Origin: Amoebidium appalachense
Lineage: Eukaryota > Protista > Ichthyosporea
Length of the DNA: 64,000 nucleotides
NCBI GenBank assembly: GCA_963693365.1
Contig: CAVNZM010000011.1
Coordinates: 1,532,489 to 1,596,488 of the forward strand
Direction of reading: 5' to 3'
Part shown: one piece after another, positions 59,773-64,000 of the stretch
Layout: every line of letters starts with the position of its first letter
Numbering within the stretch: position 1 is the stretch's first letter
Made by a program: the position numbers and the translations under genes
Notes under the pieces: model-generated
Databases searched by the model: none
Seen by the model: the letters and a program-made list of their open reading frames with translations, nothing else
Told to the model about the DNA's origin: nothing

Positions 59773-61233
59773 ATGGTACAACAAACAATGTCAGAGGCAC
59801 CAGTATGGGAAAGATTTGAAGACCTCACTCCAGACCCAAGCCTTCCATGGCACCCGTCCACCACAATCAGAGATGACCCATGGACGATGGAGGAGGCTGT
59901 TTGGTTTGTTTCAGCAAACATAGCGGGAATCGCTGGGAAAAACCAGTACATCATGAAGAATTACAACAGAGAGGGTCACATGGTCCATCAGATCATTTCA
60001 TCGCAGGTGGCAAAGAATGAACTTGACAAATACAGCTTCAAGATGACAGAAAACGGCAAGACTGTTGTGGTCATGGGTTCGAGGATCCTTCTGGATCCAC
60101 GAGTATTCAACTACTGCGGGGTCATCAGCGACCCAATGGATCCTGATCCGGTCACAGGCAAGCGAAAGTACACAAACAAGTCCACCATCCACCGTTTCTT
60201 CAACATGTTCCAAGGCTTCACAATTCGACACAACCCGGCCAATCAAATCAAATACGACGCAGTCGAGCCGTTCCGAAAGCATGCATTTGAGGTTCTCTGT
60301 GGCGGCGAGGCCAAGGACATGGAGGTGCTAGAGACGTGGGTGGCGCACAGATTTCAGAAACCCGGCATGAAGCCGAACACAGCGCTCGTGTTTGTATCCC
60401 TGCCCGGATGTGGAAAATCACAATGGTGGAAGGCAATCCGTGACATAATGGGTCCCGTATGCTCAGACACCATATCGGAGAAGTGCAAGATTGCCGGCCG
60501 TTTCAACCATCACCTACTCAACAAAGTACTCATCGTGTGCGAAGAGGTCATGTGGGGAGGTTGCCATGAAATGCACAACATCATGAAAGACAGAATCACC
60601 GGGAACAAAATGCAGCTGGAACGCAAGGGAGTTGATGTCGAGACAGTGGACACCTTCGAGTCGTACGTCATTCTTTCAAATGACCCATATGCGGTTAAGA
60701 TTGAGCGCGGCTGCCGCCGTTACTCGTGTTTCACTGTCTCCCCCATCCGCCGCGGAGACCAGCGCTACTTCTCGTGGTTCGCAAGCTACATCAAGGATTC
60801 CAATGTCCTCCAGGCCATCTGCGACTACTACACCCGGCTTCCCAACGTACCCGACGTGATGCCCTTCCCACGCGACAATTCCGCACGCCGCGCGCTCATG
60901 GAACGAGCACGACCAGATGAGGCCCAGTTTCTGATGGATCTTGTCAATGGTGAACACGAGCCTCATCTGCCCCAGATCAAGGACGGGGACAAGATTCCGC
61001 GGAGCGACCTATTCCAATTTTATTTGCGGTGGTGTGAGATCAACAACACACCCAAGAACACGCAGCTCACTTCTCGGAAGTTCGGCGAGGCTGTTCATGG
61101 AATACTCGGAGACCCAATCAACGTCCGCATCATCACACCTGGAAAGAACGTCGTAACAGCCCAATGGACGACGACTAACACAGGCAAGGCTTGGTGCTAC
61201 GTCATGACAGTCCAGAAAATCCGAGACATTTGA
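59773..61233 (+). CDS. SF3 (D5/DUF5906-like) helicase-NTPase with a C-terminal winged-helix-like region; no primase domain seen
   Basis: Walker A PGCGKS, GRFN..LLNKVLIVCEE (Walker B), ITG..ERKG, SN..RRY. Confidence 0.9.
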   Translation: MVQQTMSEAPVWERFEDLTPDPSLPWHPSTTIRDDPWTMEEAVWFVSANIAGIAGKNQYIMKNYNREGHMVHQIISSQVAKNELDKYSFKMTENGKTVVVMGSRILLDPRVFNYCGVISDPMDPDPVTGKRKYTNKSTIHRFFNMFQGFTIRHNPANQIKYDAVEPFRKHAFEVLCGGEAKDMEVLETWVAHRFQKPGMKPNTALVFVSLPGCGKSQWWKAIRDIMGPVCSDTISEKCKIAGRFNHHLLNKVLIVCEEVMWGGCHEMHNIMKDRITGNKMQLERKGVDVETVDTFESYVILSNDPYAVKIERGCRRYSCFTVSPIRRGDQRYFSWFASYIKDSNVLQAICDYYTRLPNVPDVMPFPRDNSARRALMERARPDEAQFLMDLVNGEHEPHLPQIKDGDKIPRSDLFQFYLRWCEINNTPKNTQLTSRKFGEAVHGILGDPINVRIITPGKNVVTAQWTTTNTGKAWCYVMTVQKIRDI

Positions 61234-61774
61234 TTAGTGTGCCGTGTTTTTGTGTCGTCTCTGAGTTGTCTCTGCTTCGTCTCTTAGCCATAAAATGCCG
61301 CATTTTCATTGGTTCCCGTGTCTCTGAGTGTCTCTGAGTTGTCTCTGCTTTCCTAAAAAGGAAATAACGCACCTGATTGGCTGTTCTTGTGTAAAACTCT
61401 TATAATTTCGGAAAATACATAATAAGAATTCATAGATATTGTTTGTTTATTGTTTGTCTCTGTGTCTCTGGGTTAACAGCATTATTGGTAATCAGGCGTG
61501 GGTGTCTTTGTTTTTACATATAAAATCTCACTCCAAGCTGCTTGGGGTTGGAAGGGTTAGACCCAGAGACAGCAGAGACACAACTACCACTCTCAATATA
61601 TGCTTTCAGACATTGGTGCTTATGGTTCTGGGTCTAGAGCTATAGTTGGAAGGGGAAGGGGGGGGTTGTCGGGATTTGCTATCAGGCACGGACAAGATAC
61701 GTCCAAGACCCAGAACCACATTGAACCAATAAATGAAACACGACGCTTTGACAACAGCAACCCAACACCAAGCG

Positions 61775-61844
61775 TGGGGGCATGCGTGGCACGCGTGGCA
61801 CACGTGGCTCGCCGGGCGGGCGTGCCTCCCAGGCCTCGCGGGCC
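61775..61844. promoter_or_regulatory. ~70-bp GC-rich dispersed motif, copy 2
   Basis: Near-identical to 59187-59256. Confidence 0.55.
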
Positions 61845-62022
61845 ACACGGTGGGGCGCGCTCGTGTGTTTTTGTGGTTTATTTGCGCGCTGCGCGTTTTG
61901 ACCCATCCTGTGGGCAAATGACCAACGCAAATACACACCCACCCCCACCCCCCACACAACCCTTAGGGTTTAGGCTCACATATGCGCAACCAATCACCAA
62001 GTTCGCCAGGTTCACCCGTCTG

Positions 62023-63051
62023 TCACGAAAATGCATGCATAAACGCGTGGCCCTCGAACGGGACTTCGAAGGCCACGGTGTCCATGTCATAATCCAGCTC
62101 GTACACTCTGCGTGGTGCAATACGAAGCACCTCCGTCCTGGTAGCATCCATTCCCAGCATCTGCCGCGACAGCACCCCCAACCCGAAGTGCCGGCCGAGC
62201 GCAATGTAAATCTGGAGGTAGAACGCATCCTCGCTGCCCACCGCCCTTCGCCCAACCACCGCTCCGGCCCTCCACGTCCCGTGCTCGTCGATCTTGGCCT
62301 CGACCCAGTCGCCTTGGACGATGACGTCCAGGGGCACAAAGCGCTCGGCCAGCTTCAGCTCGGCCAGCAGGTAGTAGAGACCCAGGCGCAGCGCGGGCTG
62401 CCCACAATGAAGCACCGGCCAGACCTCAAACATTTCTACCGTGCTGGCCTCCTCGTCGCTGGCCAACGTGTTCAATGCGTACACGGAACACTGCTCGTCC
62501 GGCACCGGCGCCGCGCGGACCGTCGCGCTCTCGACGACCTGGTGGAGCGGCCGAACCACGGTCGGAGCCGCCATCGCCTGCCCAAGCCTCACACCCCAGA
62601 CGTGCTCCGTCTCCTCGACGGTGATCACCTCGTCGTTGTCGTTGTCCGCATCGTCGAAGTCGGGGTGGGGGCACTTGCGGAGGAGAAACCCGAGGCCCGT
62701 GTCGTCGGGGATGAGGCTGCGCAGCGCCGGCGCCTGGAGCTCGTCGTACAGTGCACGCCACACCGCGCTGCCACGCCCTTCGAAGCGGGGGTCGGGAGGT
62801 GTGTAACTGTCCCGCTGGGTCCACCGCCCCTCCTCGTCGACGAACTGCCGCGGTACCGGCCCGGAGAGGATGACGTCGACCGGCCACACCCTCTCCTCCC
62901 CTGTCTTCGTGCTGAAGATCGCGGCGGTGCCCATGCGGATCGAGCCAGGCGCCTCGGGGTGCAGGTGCAGCGTGTAGAACAGCTCCGGTTGGTAGGCGAA
63001 CCGGGGCTCGCGGTCCTTACCGAGAATGTGAATACGCTCAATGTGCGTCAT
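62023..63051 (-). CDS. Hypothetical protein, 342 aa
   Basis: Long ORF with GC3-rich codon usage and natural composition, with a CCAAT-rich divergent promoter upstream. Confidence 0.75.
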   Translation of the reverse strand: MTHIERIHILGKDREPRFAYQPELFYTLHLHPEAPGSIRMGTAAIFSTKTGEERVWPVDVILSGPVPRQFVDEEGRWTQRDSYTPPDPRFEGRGSAVWRALYDELQAPALRSLIPDDTGLGFLLRKCPHPDFDDADNDNDEVITVEETEHVWGVRLGQAMAAPTVVRPLHQVVESATVRAAPVPDEQCSVYALNTLASDEEASTVEMFEVWPVLHCGQPALRLGLYYLLAELKLAERFVPLDVIVQGDWVEAKIDEHGTWRAGAVVGRRAVGSEDAFYLQIYIALGRHFGLGVLSRQMLGMDATRTEVLRIAPRRVYELDYDMDTVAFEVPFEGHAFMHAFS

Positions 63052-63541
63052 GATGTTGGCAATTCCAAAAGCCCACTGTCACGCTGCAGCAAGAGTGTGC
63101 TTTTGACAACACCGTCTTTGCTTATGTACCCTTGTGCCGAGCCGTTGGGTGGTCCCGTCGTCTCCCATTGGCTGCGGCGGTCCCGGGCTCTCACCTGACG
63201 CCAATCAAAATCCCCTATTCGGCCCTACACCGCTGTACATGTTCTCCAATCGGACACAACTGATCTAAGGCACTCAACGCTCATTGGCTGTGGAGGGAGC
63301 AGGCGCCGCACTCACAATGGCCAATCAACACACCCCAAACCAACCCCGAGTTGACTGCTGGGTGGCTGGGGGTGCCCGCGTTTCTCCCCAGCGCACGCGC
63401 CACGCCTGCCTCCCGGGCCGGGCCTGTGTGCCCCGCCCCCCCCCCCCCCCCCCCCCCCCCCGGCGTGCCCGCGTCGTGGGGATTTCAAACATTGAAACAT
63501 GTTGCACATGTCTGTTTTTTCTCTCGGTGTAGAGACAAGTG

Positions 63542-64000
63542 ATGCCTGATCTCGGCGAAGGCGTGGTTGTGCGGTGCCTTGACCTGGTGCACACCTTTCT
63601 GGCCAACCACGAGGACAGCGAGTTGTTCATGCGCGGGTACACAGGCCACCACCTGGTGTTGTACGTCAAGCAGATTATGGAGCTGGAAACAAACGAAAAG
63701 GTGCCAGCCGAAGACATCGAGAGTATGCTCTCGCGCCCCAGTGAAGCTTCCGAACACACACGGTTCTCGAAGAAACTCGGAAACCTCGTCGTCGCAGTCC
63801 GGGAACTGTTTCCCACACCGTGGGTCTGGACGGGGGTCGATGCGCGCACGTTCACGGCAGCGCTGGCGAGGGAGGTCCATCGCAAGGTCATGGACGGGCT
63901 GCTCGACAACCCCGGCCAGTACCGGGTGCGCTTCGCGCTTCCCGCCGGCTGCAGCCATCAGTACCTCGCGCCGTTCAAGATCGAAGACGCGTTGGACCGC
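63542..64000 (+). CDS. Hypothetical protein, partial (runs off the window; missing from the ORF track)
   Basis: Open from ATG 63542 (MPDLGEGVVVRCLDLVHTFL...FKIEDALDR) with no stop codon. Confidence 0.7.
   Translation, partial: MPDLGEGVVVRCLDLVHTFLANHEDSELFMRGYTGHHLVLYVKQIMELETNEKVPAEDIESMLSRPSEASEHTRFSKKLGNLVVAVRELFPTPWVWTGVDARTFTAALAREVHRKVMDGLLDNPGQYRVRFALPAGCSHQYLAPFKIEDALDR

Larger units (their letters stand above)
43900..64000. mobile_element. Left portion of a large endogenous dsDNA-virus-like element (giant-virus/Nucleocytoviricota-like gene content); runs off the right edge
   Basis: Abrupt loss of microsatellites and dense, mostly intronless ORFs on both strands. Encodes YqaJ exonuclease, KilA-N/Bro-N/T5orf172, DUF5760-like, SF3 helicase and AAA ATPase. 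The boundary is approximate (43.4-44.0 kb). Confidence 0.8.

Noticed and set aside
61600-63198. 532-aa plus-strand ORF
   Set aside because: Antisense shadow of the GC3-rich 62023-63051 gene, extending through intergenic motifs, with Arg/His-skewed composition.
43900-64000. Polinton/Maverick, Helitron or bacterial prophage/contaminant
   Set aside because: No pPolB, integrase, capsid or HUH-Rep is visible. The eukaryote-type genes (C2H2, spastin-like AAA) and the lack of operon or Shine-Dalgarno structure argue against a bacterial origin. A polinton-like identity cannot be fully excluded without the rest of the element.

Overview
The window has two compartments. Bases 1 to ~39 kb are intron-rich eukaryotic (protist-like) DNA whose introns are full of poly(C)/poly(G), (CA)n/(GT)n and (GA)n tracts, so almost all ORFs in the supplied track there are microsatellite artefacts. 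Reading splice sites by hand gives four host genes: the 5' part of a secreted Gly/Asn/Gln-rich protein (-), a complete 7-exon bacterial-type alpha/beta hydrolase (+), a 47-aa Tom6-like microprotein (-), and a >25-exon gene fusing a TMEM181/Wntless-like membrane domain to a class-3 lipase (+). A 5'-truncated retroposon family inserts next to poly(C) runs; one copy has a 16-nt target-site duplication. From ~43.9 kb to the end the DNA switches to gene-dense, CpG-rich, almost microsatellite-free sequence that looks like the left end of a large endogenous dsDNA-virus-like element. It carries subterminal repeat arrays, a 134-bp palindrome/CCAAT tandem array, DUF5760-like, YqaJ exonuclease, KilA-N/Bro-N/T5orf172, AT-hook spastin-type AAA ATPase, C2H2 zinc finger and SF3 helicase genes, plus ORFans. 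Several of these genes carry single inactivating lesions. No capsid, polymerase or integrase gene is in the window, so the viral assignment is an inference. All family names come from motif recognition, not database searches.
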